From: Ophelia neglecta
Taxonomy: Eukaryota
NCBI GenBank assembly: GCA_965285935.1
Contig: OZ260662.1
Coordinates: 90,520,001-90,584,000, forward strand
DNA length: 64,000 bases
Direction of reading: 5' to 3'
Shown here: piece after piece, positions 36,101-50,168 of the stretch
Layout: each line of letters opens with the position of its first letter
Position numbering within the stretch: the stretch's first letter is position 1
Notes under the pieces: model-generated
Database searches by the model: none
The model's input: only the letters and a program-made list of their open reading frames with translations
Told to the model about the DNA's origin: nothing
Program-made: the position numbers and the translations under genes

Positions 36101-39100
36101 ATTAAATTACTCTTTGACACTCTTGACGTGCGCACCATCTGCTCAACAGCTTTAGAAGATGCTGTAATTGGTGGTGTATGGAGACAAGATCACAAGCATT
36201 TGCTCTTTAGACTTTACCATTGCAAATGTGAAAGGTCTGAATAGTGATAACCTGGGCAAAAGGACATTCAAAAGGAAAAAATACCAAGGTAAAAGTCAAC
36301 CCTGAATTTGTAAGCAGGAGGTTTTTTTTCTTTTATTGGCCAAGGCAAGTCTAGCTATCGGACAAAGCCATACGATCAACATGTTTGGCGTTAGTGGGGG
36401 TATTATGAACTGGGAGAGTAATAAGCCGCAAAAACCTTGACATTGTCTGGTAGTGGATGGATTGCTACTTGGTACGTCTAAGTCCAGACGACCGAGCGCT
36501 TTATGTCGTCTGGCTCACTGGATAATATGCTTTCAGCTGTGGGGTTCTAACAAATTGGTCATTGTCAGGAGAAACATGTTAGGTGAATCAAACCCTTAAC
36601 CACACGTCCTGTATCCCTGACTTAAAATGGTTTCTTACGGTTCACTTCCAAGTGTTCCTCCTCGTCGGTAGAAGAACGGGAACCTGTCTTCTTTAATTTC
36701 ACACAAGAAGTTGCATATCCAGAATGAGCTCTGAATTGATACTCTTGGTATACAAATTCAATGTCGTTATATAGTAACTGTTGCCCTGTCAACAAAAGCA
36801 AATACAAATGGCTTATGAGGAAATGGTTGGTACCAGTCTTTACCTCTGGGTTGTCCAGAACAAAAAGGGCAATCTAGTAATATGAATTTATGGATTGTCT
36901 AAGCGCTCAAACACAGGTAACTTTTCAAGTGGCTGATAAACGTTATCATGGCATTTTGGCTACCAATGAGATTCGTCTCTGTTACCTGTAGTAAGATTAT
37001 TTCAGTATTAATTTGAGCGTTACTTGTATGATATCGAGAATACCTCTTCTCACATGGGCACATGACACATACCTCTAACAGGACAACCCCACAACATTGC
37101 ACACATAAAGACCATTATATTTGTCTGCTATGTAAAAAACTATAAACTGGTACATAAATATTTTGTTTAAAGAAATAACTAGTTTAGTTTGAACATATGT
37201 CCCGGGAGGAGTTTGGGAAATGCTTTTAAATTTTTTTTTAGCAAATTAATGTGAGGTTTGCCATTGCCCTTGTCCTTAAATTTTTTATCCAGCAGGTGGC
37301 GTATATCTACTTTCGTTGTATTAAGGCAACTTTACTGTTTTATTGAATGAGTAATTAAAACTCGAGCTACCTGATGGTGAGATAGATATGTGTATATAAA
37401 AAACACTTACTAGATGGTATTTTTACTGAAAATAGAGACATTACTTGTCTAGTCGTCCATGCATTGTGGTTAGTGACAACGGGGTGTAGGGCAAAATAAT
37501 TACAACGCCATATAATCAATATCACTTCTATCTAATTGGTTATATATCATCATCACATAATAAGTACTTTCTGAGGGCAACTATGGTTCGGTTCATTCTA
37601 GCTTATTGTTTTACCCAAAAACCTTGGAATCCGTTTGTTGCAAACCCGTCACTACCTCTTTAGAGGTGTGTTAACGACATAAATTATATCATCTATTATT
37701 AAAGCTTCAAAAGTGCATGTATGTATTCCCCTGTTATTGTACATTTCATTCTCATGCACCCTTTGTTATCCTGATTCAATGATTGTAGTCTTTAACTTTC
37801 AACCATACAGCAATTCATCATGCCTCCATTTTGTTCCTATTGCATGTCCGAACTATTCTTTTTATAACGCATTTCCCATTAATTGTTTGACATAATCCAG
37901 GTTCTAAATGCTCATTCGACCCAAAAGGCTGAGATAAAACTTGGTGATGAAATAGATAACCATTTCACCGTTATCTCTTATTCTAGCCTAGTCATTATTC
38001 ATGTCCTTCATGACGAAATTATGCTGGCAAAGGAGCTGCGCAAAAGTGTTGTTGATCATTATTTAATCTCACACGGAGCGCTATTCTTAGATGAACAGAT
38101 GCTGCTAATACATGAAGGTCACTTAGCCTTTTTATGGAAAATTGTCTGCTAACTATGACATGGCAGTTGATGACTATAGTTAATTATTTTGAATGGAGAT
38201 ATCAACTGTTTGTAATTCACTGCATTGTTAACGCACGCATTTGACTGTGACAGAAAAAGAGGCAAAGACAAAGGAATGTTCTCGTTAACCGTCACTTGTC
38301 GAATCAAATTGAGGCGTTAAACTATTTTCACTGATACATCCACTTGTTCTGAGAACATTTCAATGCTAACGAGGCCATTTGTTGCCCACATCCTCCACAG
38401 ATTATTCCATAATGGGCTGTATAAAGCGCCTTCTCTATTCAGATGTAAAATCCATCAAATAAATGTAAACATGATTGAGTTAAGGGTTAATCAAGGATGA
38501 TATCTTCTTTGCGCAAGTGCGCAATCAGAATACATGTGTTCTTTTGTCGCTTTGCAATTGCTATGTTTCGTCTGTACTTAATTTAAATAGTGGGAAACAA
38601 AAGTAAGAAACACTTCTTAATATAATATATCTAATTTTGTCATGCAAACACATAGTGGATATAATTCATTCCTGTTTTATAAGACTTTCCTATTCGAATT
38701 TTCGACGTAGAATGAATTCTCTGAAACCCGTGAACTCTAGGACTAGGTGTGAAATAGTGTACACCACTGTAGCAATTGATGTAATGTTAATACACCTTTT
38801 TATCCAGTTGGTATAATTCCCGATGCAATTGTCTATTATTGTGGCTAATGCTCATCTAAGCCTTGCCTTCCTCATTTCATTCATGAATAAGACAAAACAG
38901 TCACTCTAGTAAAAACATCTGATTCGAAATTGGATGAAGTGCTCAAAATAACCAGGAAGTTTTTAGCTAAACCAGGAATTTCATCTCCATTTCCTGTAAC
39001 GTTCTTTTCTCTGCGTTTTGACCTTTGCTCGAGAGTGGCTGCGAACAGTTACCGCTATATTGGGTTTAACTGGCTATTTGTTTTGGAATATATCTAAATG

Positions 39101-41920
39101 TTATAATTCAGCCAATCTACCGAGCGTAAGCGCCAGGGATTAAGTCACCCTTGGCTGGTGGCAGACGACATAAATTGTTCTGATCTGCTTGGCCTCTTAT
39201 CATGAATAACTGACGAGGTGTCAGCACCACTTCCTGGTGTCGCATACATTGTTATTTGCCTAAATAAGGTTAACATTTCAGACACTGTACACCCAAACCA
39301 ACACCAACAGTATAAATGCAATGTCTGTTTAAAATAGCCTTGTGCGAAGACAATTTTCGGAACTCATTTTCGAAAAAGGCTTGCCAAGTTGCTCGGTGTG
39401 AACCGTATAAGGACAAAAATATGAATTATGTCAAAACAGCCATACTTGGCGATTTCGGCGTAGGGAACTTAAGTGATAATATTGGGATCAGATGGTAAAT
39501 TTCAACCCTCCAAGCATCCAACACATGTTACATGCGGTACGACGCGTATGTTTATATCTTATATTAATAATAAAAACAAACACGTAACCGTTTGGAAACT
39601 ATTTACCTTAAAGTGGGACTTTGACATCAGTTTCGACTGCCATAGTAATGTCGGCATCTGGTCAAGTTATTAAACATATATAATACGATTCCATACGTGG
39701 CCACTTCAAGCCAGCTGGTCTGTCAGCGACTGCCATAGCCCAGCCTAGTGTTAATATATCACGTAAACAGTTGATGAGTGACGTTCGGTGCCTAAAGCCA
39801 CGGCCAAAGGCTGTGTAGACGAACAAATCCTAGGAGCTAGATATTAATCTTATATCACCAGCCTCTATATTTACCTTGATTGAGGCGTAATTAGCCATGA
39901 GTGGGCGATAACATTCATGTATTATAAAAGGGTCTGATCAATTCTACAAACACACCCCATACCCAAGTAGAAACTCCTTGAGAGTAATGTATGTGTCAAC
40001 TCTAGGCTATACTTTAAAACCAGGGATCGATAAGTTATATTAGGCGTTACTGTATATACCCTGTGTCGTCTAGACAAAGCTAAGAATATCCTCATACAAG
40101 ATAGCTTTAATAGGACCTTCAGTAATATTAAATGCTTAACTTTGCACTCACTTTGTTTAAATGTTTCGTGAACAGTCAAGGATAAAATTAATGTGACACC
40201 GTAATGTTGTGCTTGTTAATAACATACTAGTTTGCTGTACCTTAATGCTCTACTGAACGAGAAATTATGATTAGTTATAGGACGAATAGGTGTTTTCTCA
40301 TCATTTTGTTTCTAAAAAGTATTATACTAACTTAAGCTCTACCCCTCAATCGAGTCTATGGTGAATATGCGTGCCTTAGAGGCTTAGGAGGTGAATAAGC
40401 ACCGCGGAAATGTCATCTGTTATTATGGTGACTAATGAACAAGTGTAAAAACGTGAATAAAACTGTGTGCATGATTCTCTGCATGTTGTTGGTAGGGTAT
40501 TAACTTTCCAAATTGGTCCGTTTTTATTGGTTTTTTTTTTGTTATCGCCGCGCAAAACAGTTAAAAAAAGCATCCATGGTCGCTCCCTTACACGTATTTT
40601 AACTTAATTCACGAATGATTAGTTCCGCCGAGCGCTTGCAATGAGCTAGAAATTTAGACAGGGTTCTGAGGCCAAATCCTTAATCTAAGGGGCCCTAGCA
40701 ATGTAATTTATTTGCCTGTGCTGTTCTTCACATCTGATTTACCAGCCTATTAGTGATACAACTATATGGAAATTGGATCTCAGCTACTAAGTCCAAGAAG
40801 CTCTTACTCCCAACTAAGTTTTCACAGTGAAAAATGTATGATAGCCTATCTCATTCCAGCCATGTCGAATATACACATTAGCTCAATGCAGCATAGTTTC
40901 CCATGGAAATGGTTCCGAGTATTTATAAAGGTAGGCTCCTGTAAAACTGTGTTTTACTGAGTCCTTTGCTAGTTTTATGTACACATCTGATTGTAAACAC
41001 GCCTTTGAATAACACTGGGATTATATTTAGGCAGACTCTAAATTTCTAAAACGACATGCGTCGTCTTGCGTTATATATAGAGTGTACATTCATATAATGC
41101 TACCTTATAAATGTGAGCTCTTGCGAAAGACATATATGTATGCATATTATAGTATAATACGGTCGAGACTCAAAGCCAATATATTGTGCTAATTAAAAGT
41201 CAAGCAGAGAGAGATAATAGATTAATCAACATTATCAAGATTAAATGAGATTTATCTGAGCACTTGTACACAAGCTGTAATTAAATGCGTAGTTTAGTAT
41301 CGACTGGTGACAAATTAGGGAACGAAGGCGGTTGGAGACCTTGTCTCATTGAATTGATGTAGGGAGATTGGCCAAGCAAAATCTTAATCCCCTCTCGGCA
41401 AAATCTAAATATTGATACTATCCCTAATTACAGTTACCCTCATCTCGGGGAAAGCCCTCAACATGATTATCGTCGCCGTTATTATATTGTAAACTGGTGG
41501 CTTTGTTTTCGTTTTAGATAATCCTCCTTGGGCATGGCATCAGAGCAAATAGCGCCTCAGGGTTAATGGCTTTCGGCCTTATTCAATAAACCATTGTTAC
41601 TATGTTTTTGCTGTTAAGCTCGGGGGTAAATCTTCGCATGAGAAAATACAGTTTTATATCTCCAGGCAAAATGGAGGTCGGCTTTCATTATTAAGTGCAT
41701 GTAAATATTCTTTTGGTAAACATTTTTTGCTTTTTTTGGCAGGAACCTGACTACTACATTATATTCATATCGAATGTCTGTCATAGTTCTGATCAAGCGA
41801 AACAAAATCATCGTGGCAACCGAAAAGTCGTCATTGGTAAATCTGTTAAAACGATTAATAACGATTCCGCCACGGAAATCTAGCTTAGCCTATTGGCTAA
41901 CTTTTTTATTTTACTTTCAG

Positions 41921-42663
41921 ATGGTCCAAACAAGTTATTGGCGTTGGAAGTGGCAGCTATTGTGATAGGCTGTATCGTGGGCACGGTGATATTGTGCTGC
42001 CTGCTAGGGACCATCATTGACTGCTTCATGCACGTCTACAAGTATTGGTGCTCCTGTCTTCACAAGGCGTACCACTGTCCGTCGGAAATGGTGGCGCTCC
42101 GTACTCCTAATGGAGGGCCAGCCGAGCCCACCGTTCTCGTGGTCCGCGCCATCCCCCCATCTTACTCAACAATTATCGTCTCCTGTGAGGCGGCCTCTCG
42201 ATTAGCAGCTCACTCTCGTGATGCTGCGGACAGTAACCACGTGACTGTCCTGACTGAGGAGAGTTTATCGAGAAGTGGCACGCCGACTCAGGAAAGCTCC
42301 TTGCAGACTATGTACCAACGTGTATTAAGTCCGTCTCCTCCAAATAGCCCCGAGCACCACATTCTCCTTAAACTAAACGACATTCATAGCAAGAAGGAGA
42401 TATCTACGCAGACGTCGTCTCCGTTATTAACCCGGTCAACAGGGACGTGTACTCGGCCTGATTCGGTCAGACTGCTGTGCGGAGGAGCACCACCGTCCGC
42501 TCCTCACGGTCAAACGCCTACGTCGCCAACTGCCACCTCGCCAATCCTGGAGGGCACCTTTCTTCCGCCCTCCTATTCCTCCATATTCCGAAATGACTAC
42601 GTCACGTATGCCAGTGACACTCCTCATCAAGCAACCGAAGGATTTCTGACACCCCCAAGTTGA
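41921..42663 (+). CDS. Terminal exon: TM helix, Cys-rich juxtamembrane segment and Pro/Ser/Thr-rich tail with two PPSY motifs (LDLRAD3/LDLRAD4/PMEPA1-like architecture)
   Basis: Strong acceptor ttttactttcag| at 41920, phase 1, in frame with the LDLa exon (G|AT = Asp). Hydrophobic VAAIVIGCIVGTVILCCLLGTII; PPSY at 42154-42165 and 42565-42576; TGA ending 42663. Spliced ORF from ATG 33051 is 293 aa. Confidence 0.9.
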
Positions 42664-43972
42664 GAAACATGGAGCTACGCGGTGTGGTCAACTGATATCT
42701 TTACTTGCGGTGGCATGCGAGTTGGATTTCTCAGCGCTCTGGCTTGTGAGATAAGTGAGTTCCCTTGGCTGAGAACGCTAATGAGTAATTATTCTCGCGG
42801 ATACTGAGCCTATCTATGTGGCATTCTGGCGGGAAGCAGTGCTAGCCCACCGTCGCCATCCTTCCTAAGTTTGCAAAATCGTGAACGTTCATTACTGACC
42901 ATGCAGAAATAAATCCCTGGATTATCGGCCTTCATTAGTGAAGTAAATTGGATAGATAGCAGACGGGTTACTCCCGAATGTCCCCCGTACTCCATTATAT
43001 TCCATTTAGTCGGTTTTAGTTGCGTCATCTGGGCTCATTTATCTCTCCATCCTAAGGTATCAATGCCAAACACTTTGTTCCGTGGCCATTGAAAGACATT
43101 GACGAGGGCAGGGACACTACACGAAGTAATAACTACATTGTACATTAAGGAAGCATGAAGCGGTGTCGTCTGCCACTGTACATGCCATATTTGCTCATTA
43201 GCAGAAGCCGAAATGAATTTAGCTTTGTTGCTTTCCGAGAAAAACGGTTAAAGCATACTGTTTTTATGACGTTCGTCCCTGTCAAAGCCTATTATATAAA
43301 CACACATGTATATATTAATGAAGTGGTGTGATCGAGCGCGCCGATAAATACTAATGTCATGTGTATTATGTGTTTTAAGCAATTACATTATGTAAAGCAC
43401 TTATGATATGACGTACTAAAATGCTCTAGGCTGAGCTATATTGGCGTAAACGTATTTGCTCATAAAAGAAAGACATTACTTGATCATGGATCTTGTTAAC
43501 AAATTAATCTGCTTTCATTTTGGTAAGCTTGGACTTGAATATAAAACGCATTGTGTAACTTTATGTCTCATTCCACCAATTAACACACACATGAATTTAT
43601 AAGACTATAAATTTGCCGTTCAGTGTGCAGTTGTTTTTACAGCCAATTAATATACACATGTCACGTGTTTTATTGACTTAACATACAAAATGCTTACACA
43701 TAATCATACTACTGATAGATAGCTCGGAGCTTGTTGTAATGAATTGCGAATTGGACAAGGTCTCATAATTCGAAGTTTCATTAAATATTAACAATGTCTT
43801 TCAATGTTAGACAATTGGGTAGATGGTGAATTTCTAATTTACAGTTACAGATACTGATTTTCTGGACATAAAAGAAATTAAAGAAAAGAATTACCCGCCT
43901 TATGACCGTTTTTAGCACTGCAACCATGTGCTGCTTGTGTAGGTGCATTTGTCGTCGAGTGTATGGCTCTTA

Positions 43973-43978
43973 AATAAA
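43973..43978 (+). terminator. Candidate polyadenylation signal AATAAA of the LDLa-TM gene
   Basis: AATAAA followed by a T-rich stretch about 1.3 kb after the stop codon, just before repeat-rich DNA begins; position-based inference only. Confidence 0.35.
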
Positions 43979-44061
43979 TTTAATTTTTGAACGAAGTTTG
44001 GTATATAAACCGGTTATGGGCGTAAGACGAAACAGTGGAATTTCATCACACGAATAGTCTG

Positions 44062-44260
44062 GGAACGGGTGTTTGATGGTCTAGGAAGGGGCTGCTGATG
44101 AACTAGGAACGGGCGGTGGGTGGCATAGGAGAAGCGGTTTATTGACTATATAGGAGGGCGGCTGATTTCTTAGGAGGCTGATGATGCCTGCTGATGGCCT
44201 AGGAGGGGCGGGCTAATGGCATAGGAAGGTTGTAGGTGATGTCAAAAGGGGTTGCTGGGG
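44062..44260. repeat. Degenerate G-rich minisatellite, unit about 24 bp (gctgatggcctaggaggggcg-like)
   Basis: tgatg..taggag/aagggg recurs roughly eight times. Confidence 0.75.
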
Positions 44261-44595
44261 TCACCCTCTGAAGGATTGACCATGCAAATTTCAGATATAT
44301 GAGGACATATAAGCTTTACATCTTGACACTCATTTTAAAAGTAAAATTAGAACGATCAATGTTATATTTACTAAGATTTATTCTATATTAACGATACTTT
44401 CTATTTGAACTACGACACTGCTGGCTAGGCTAGGGCAAAAAGCTCGAGTTCCGGTCAAATTACATCGCTGGGCACCACCTTTGCGTTTCGACTTATCGTA
44501 TTGATTTCAATTTTAAAAATCTTTATGCCGTTAGATGCACATCCTCCACATAACACCAGTTTATTTCGCCCGTGAGATGCAATGAACTGTTGTCG

Positions 44596-44673
44596 AGGGA
44601 GGCGGGGGGTGGGGGTGGGGGGCTGGGAGGGGTGGGGGTGGGGTCGGGGTGGGGATGGGGAGGGGGGGGGGGC
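44596..44673 (+). repeat. G-tract low-complexity block
   Basis: More than ten runs of GGG or longer separated by 1-2 nt. Confidence 0.85.
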
Positions 44674-44987
44674 TTGGTAATCTTCCTGGCTCCTTCTTGG
44701 TCATTTTCAAAGGGACTTATCAGATTTATTTTAAACGTGTCAGATGCTATAAAATATTATCTGCTTCGCTAAATTATCTGGTATCGATAGACATAATGTA
44801 TTATTAACCAACTACAGTCTTAGTCCGCAGTTATGATAAACATGAAATCGCCAGTTCAGAGAAAAACCTATTGCTTGTTTAAAATTAAAAATGTCCACAA
44901 AACTCTATATTCGTTGGCTCCCATTATTGATTCTATCATCCACTATTGAACACATTAATCTTGCCGATTACCTTATTGTATTTATAA

Positions 44988-45259
44988 CAGTGAAACCTGC
45001 CTTAAAGACCACCTCAGTATTCAGACCACCTGTCAATTCCGACCATAAATATGAAGGACATAAAATTCATTATCAATTTAAATTGACATGTATAAACAGA
45101 CTACCTTGAATTGAAATTTTTTATTTGATTCTACAACGACAATTATTTACAATATATTTATATTCATGACAATAAGGAAGCAGAATCGTGGATTATACCT
45201 TTATAATCAGACCAGTATTGTCCAGTCCATTAGGTGGTCTTAATTCACAGGTTTCACTG
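44988..45259. mobile_element. Tc1/mariner-type MITE, copy 1
   Basis: TIRs CAGTGAAACCTG..TTAAAGACCACC / GGTGGTCTTAATTCACAGGTTTCACTG followed by TA; same ends at 53475 and 61281. Confidence 0.85.
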
Positions 45260-47109
45260 TATATTGAAATTTTGAATAAAGCGTTAGTAAATGACAAATA
45301 AATTAAAGAAAATAATACTACTTAGTGGTTCATATCTATCTGTGCTAATAGTGTATGCCCATTTACATGGCTTAATAATTACAACCACCATTACACAACC
45401 CCCCCCCCCCCCTAACATCCCCACCTCGTCACACGGACCTTGCTCGATCCCAACCACCGACCCAAATAACATTCAATGATGTCCATATACATGAACCAAC
45501 ATTCGACCATGATTTAGTAAGACACCAAACAGAACACCTATTTTTCTTCATTTATGTTAATTATTTAAAACAGGCTTTACATTTCTGAAACGGTGTTTTA
45601 TAAGAATTCTCGTCCATGCCTACCCGGCCTGATTTTCATTCAAAGGCAGTCGCACGTAGCCTAGGCGAAAAGTACGTCGCTTGTACCTTCAACTATTCAA
45701 ATAGTTACCAACTGTTTAGGAAATCGATAACCCTTGCATAATGGTATGTTGGAAAAAGTTTTGAAATATTGTTTGGACAGGAATTGTGTCAACATACTAT
45801 TATAAATAATGTACATGTGTGGCTTGTGCAGCAATCAATATACATTACGTATTATATGTTTTATCCAACCTCCTGTAGCCTCTTGTAACACTATTACTTT
45901 TTTTCATAATATGCATAACAATTAGTTAATCCCGTTTTTGTTTAAATCACAATAGATGATCGGCTAAAACAATTGGCGGAACTGAAAGTGGTCGAAAATT
46001 GCTGGGAAGGCAACATTTGGCTACTTTTGGCGAAAATCAAAATGAGCGACTAGGAACAACAGGGTTAATCAGAGCTAAACGAGCTATTTGTAGTCTGATT
46101 TGGAGCAAAGGACAAGCCGAAGCATATGGCCCACTAGTAAAAAATGTCGACCTAGCCTTCTCAGAAAGGAAATTTCCAAGGGAATACCCTCCTTTGCCAA
46201 TTGTTAGTTAAAACAATAAAGCCCACCTGAAGGGAAAATGACCGAAATCATAGGTCGCACAAATAATTCAAGACAAAAAGGCGTCTTTTCTGAAGGAAAT
46301 AACTACTTATGAACAGTATCACACTGGTAAAGTTATCGAACTACTACGTTTACTACTAAAGCGTTAGAAATACGAATAAGGCACCCACCTTAGAGTAGCA
46401 TTATTCTTGCTGTAACATTCATCCTCAATACTGCCAATACTGCTTTGATCTGAAGCGTTTGATAAAGAGTATTTGAAGAGTACTACTACGCAACTCCGTT
46501 TATTAGACTGGAAGGACCCATTAAGTTTTCGGTTAGCCACCAATGTAACGTTTATTTTTAACTACTTCGAAAAATTCGTTGAATACCAAATCATATCGTT
46601 TTAAAGAAACGTATTTATGTAATTGATGGTGAAAAATTAACACAAAATTCTCACTATGAAGACTAACTGAATTGCACATTTTGCTATGCATGTACATATA
46701 ACCACTTGCGCTTCACTTTTTAGCAGCACCGTGTACATGTAAAAGCGATCGCGAAACGGTGTCACCATTGGAAAACATTTTTACCACCTAGAAGACAACA
46801 AGTGACCAGACTAGTTTCCAGAAGTCCAATTTGTCGAGTAGGCCTAATAGCCTGAAAGTCAGAAAAAAATAGGGAAAGGAAGGAGTATGTTATAATTAGT
46901 TTCGGGACTTGATTTATCCCCTTCATCCAGTAGTGTTGGGTACCACATGGCCTGTTAAGGCCTCTCAGATGTGATAATATGTGACTTTATTAGACAAAAT
47001 TATACCAGAAATTCTCGAGAATGAAACAGACAAAATGGGTTACATGTCTTCTTGTGATTGTAATCCGCCTTAAAGAATAAGGCTTAAATTGTATAGACAA
47101 CAGGTTTTA

Positions 47110-47350
47110 TATCTACATAGCTCCTTTTGCCTTTCCTAAATTTGAGTTATTTATCAAAAATAAAATGTCAAAAGAAGCCATAAGCTTATACCTCCTTTTA
47201 AAGATGCCAATTTCTGATACATTTGTCCTGATTTATATGATCAAAAGGTGCTATTATAGTATATTGCTCCTTTTGCCTGATCCCCAAATTCCATATATGA
47301 TTAAAATATTGTATAACTGCATAGTTCTTTTTTCCTTTCATAAATTAAAA
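47110..47350. repeat. Degenerate tandem repeat, unit about 70 bp
   Basis: Core ata/ttgctccttttgcct..ccaaatt recurs near 47117, 47188, 47262 and 47320. Confidence 0.55.
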
Positions 47351-49768
47351 TCACGTTTCCAGTACCCAAAATTTCTCAAATATAGCCTGTTTTTTTTCCG
47401 GCAGAAGATACTTACATTTCCCCGCATTGTCTGTGGAGCTTTATCTTTACAGAGTCCAAGAAACGCCTCTTGCTTGAAATTCCTTTTAGGATTGACCCGT
47501 CATCTGCACCCCTGCCCTATCTACCCCTTCCTGCTCAATCCGGTCCATTGTCCTCTCTCTATCATTCCAACTTCATCCTGTTCTACCCCTGTTACCTCTG
47601 CGTCGCCCTGGTTCATGACGGTTTCCCCCTTCTCCGCCTCTGTCTCCTTTGATCATATTTGGTCGTCTGCCCGAGGTCGTCTGTCTGACCCCTAAGCCTA
47701 TTTCATATCGAGGTGATACGAAGTGCAGTTTATGGCTTTCAAGGGTCCGGAAAGTAGTTACCCAAATTATCCGATGGATAAAATGGTCTAAAAAAGACAT
47801 CTTACACATAAAACAGTCGTTCTAGGGGCGATTTTTTCTTCAAATTGGCTCTCACATAATCTGACGAAATCAATAAAACTCATGGGGTATGGGAAATAGG
47901 CAAATAAAAAATGTAGTCATGTGTCATGTACAGAAGGGCCTATGAAATTATAGCCCCTTGACTCTATATCGATATACATGTATAACGAACGTTACTATCT
48001 AATCAAAGTCTCATAACTAGTAATGTCTGGTCTATTATAGGCCTTTTCCTCGTCGATTCCTAAACCAATTTTGCAACAAACACGATATGGAGACAATAAA
48101 ATATATAAGTCTTCCCGGGGACTCATTTTGAAGTTATGCACAATTCACCCCAATAAGCATTCTTCCGGACACAATGTTTTTTACTTTGATTGATGTTTTT
48201 TCAACAATCTGTAACATTCCAGTCGGTTTCATTCCGTCAATTATTCAAAAGTTTCGACTGGTCTTTTTCAAAAGAAACCGCATTGGCATTAAGGTTGGGG
48301 TAAGGTTTTCATTCATTAAACACTCACAGAAGCTCCTGAAATGAAGAAAAAGGGCAAGAGGGTCGTGCATTTATAAGACAGTTGATAGTAGTACCTCTAA
48401 ATCATGCCGCTACTCACGGGCGCCAGTATACGTGGGGACAATTATAGAAAAGTAGACGAATATTTCTGAAAAAGGTATTTATAAAACTGCACACTTTTTT
48501 GTGAACCAATCAGGCGCCTATATTTTTTGTTACTATTTTAGTTTAATTTAGTTGTCTAAGAGATGATCAAATAAAAGTAGTATCTTAATTTGATTTCTTA
48601 ATAACGGATAGAACATTTTAGTAAATTTTCCTATTTGCGGCCATTATAATTTTTCCGGTCGTGTACAATTTAAAAACATTCGTTGGAAAATATGAATGAT
48701 TTGAAGTTGTTCGTAATTATTGGAGTATTCATTGGGGAGAAGGAAAATATACCATCTTGAGATTCTTGGTATTCGGCTTAGAAGCTAGTGATACCCCGTT
48801 GAGTAAGCTAAAATTACGCCTAGTAGTATGGTAGCAGTAGTAGCGCAGTATTATTGAATTGCAGATAAATGTATTATTGTCCACAATATCAATGCATTAA
48901 GAAATTGAAAATGGACCCCATAATGAGAAAGCGTTTTATTTGAACTCACTACTTGTTCAAAACTTCTCTTCTAAGGGTTCTTTAAATAGTAACCGTGTCT
49001 TCAAGGTAAATGGTAAATATGATTAAATAGACGTCAAAACTATCTGTTAAGTAAGACAGCGCGTAGATAGTGGGGAGGCAGTGAGGGATAGGAGAGGGCT
49101 ACAGTAAACTTCATTCCTATATCGATTAGCATATACGGAAGGGAACGTGCCTGACATTGTTCAGAGTATATATGGCTCATGCGAGGCGAAACCTTCGCCG
49201 TTTGTAGTGTAATATCACTACATATCTCACCAATTAATTCCCACAAAGTATACTATTTTTCTGCATTTTCCGTCTCTATACATATGTCCATGTGCGTGAA
49301 GGCTACACCAGCAATGGATATAAAATATTATTACCTCTAGCTTGAACGAGCTGTGGAGGTCGCCAACGCAAGACAATTGTTTTGAATAGTTTGAAGATTT
49401 TTTTTAATACAAAGGCGATAAATGCATGTATGTACAAAAAGAATTTATCTGTTCAATTGATTTGAAGAACTGATATAACATTTACAGCGAATTTATTTCA
49501 ACTGTTCGTACGCAATCACTTGAGCATGTCACTTCCGGTACATGGTTGCCTGACCAAAGTGTTCATTGTAGCCAATCATTTTCGTGCTAATTCTACGTGT
49601 GATGGGGGTTCTGTGCATTGTCCCTATATGTACGCAGTCCCCGTTGGCATATTAATAAATAAAGACTTTACAGCACGACCGAGCAACAGTTTTACAATGT
49701 GACTAGTCACTATTACATGTTTTGGTAATATTAAAATATGATATTGAACGTGAATGCCTTCAATATGT

Positions 49769-50168
49769 TCAGCAGTCAGGGTCTTCTGGTATGTTCCCAG
49801 GCAGGGCTTCTCTGTCCAGCACATAGTACCTAGAGTCATCCGGGGCCTTAGAGGCCAAACTGACATTATAGTTGTCATCACTTCGTAATCCGGTATTTCT
49901 CCCACTTCCGCCATAGACAACATAAGGCGGCGCAGGCTCAGAACCGCCACGACTTCCGGTCTTACATCCGGGCTCCGGCAATGGCATGTCGAAGATATGA
50001 GAATATTCATTCCGCTTGGCGTAATTCCGCAGGGATTTCTGATCAGAAGCTAAAACCGTTTTTGAGTTACCATATCTAGAGTTATACTTTAATGTATCGT
50101 CATCCGCCTGCTTGACACCATTGTATTTGATCTCAGCGCCTGTCTTCTTTTGTGGCATTCTAGTATAT
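49769..50168 (-). CDS. Terminal exon, Tyr-rich cytoplasmic tail (EYSHIFDMPLPEP, YYVLD)
   Basis: ttattatag| acceptor at 50169 (alternative in-frame AG at 50160), phase 2, frame matches ORF 49769-50191, ends EDPDC-TGA. Confidence 0.85.

Noticed and set aside
44891-45109. Similar peptides TVKPALKTTS in ORFs at 44891, 53384 and 61121 as a gene family
   Set aside because: They are translations of the MITE terminal inverted repeat.
47165-47695. 176-aa + strand ORF
   Set aside because: It spans a degenerate tandem repeat and a pyrimidine-rich low-complexity block that is naturally poor in stops; no domain signal.
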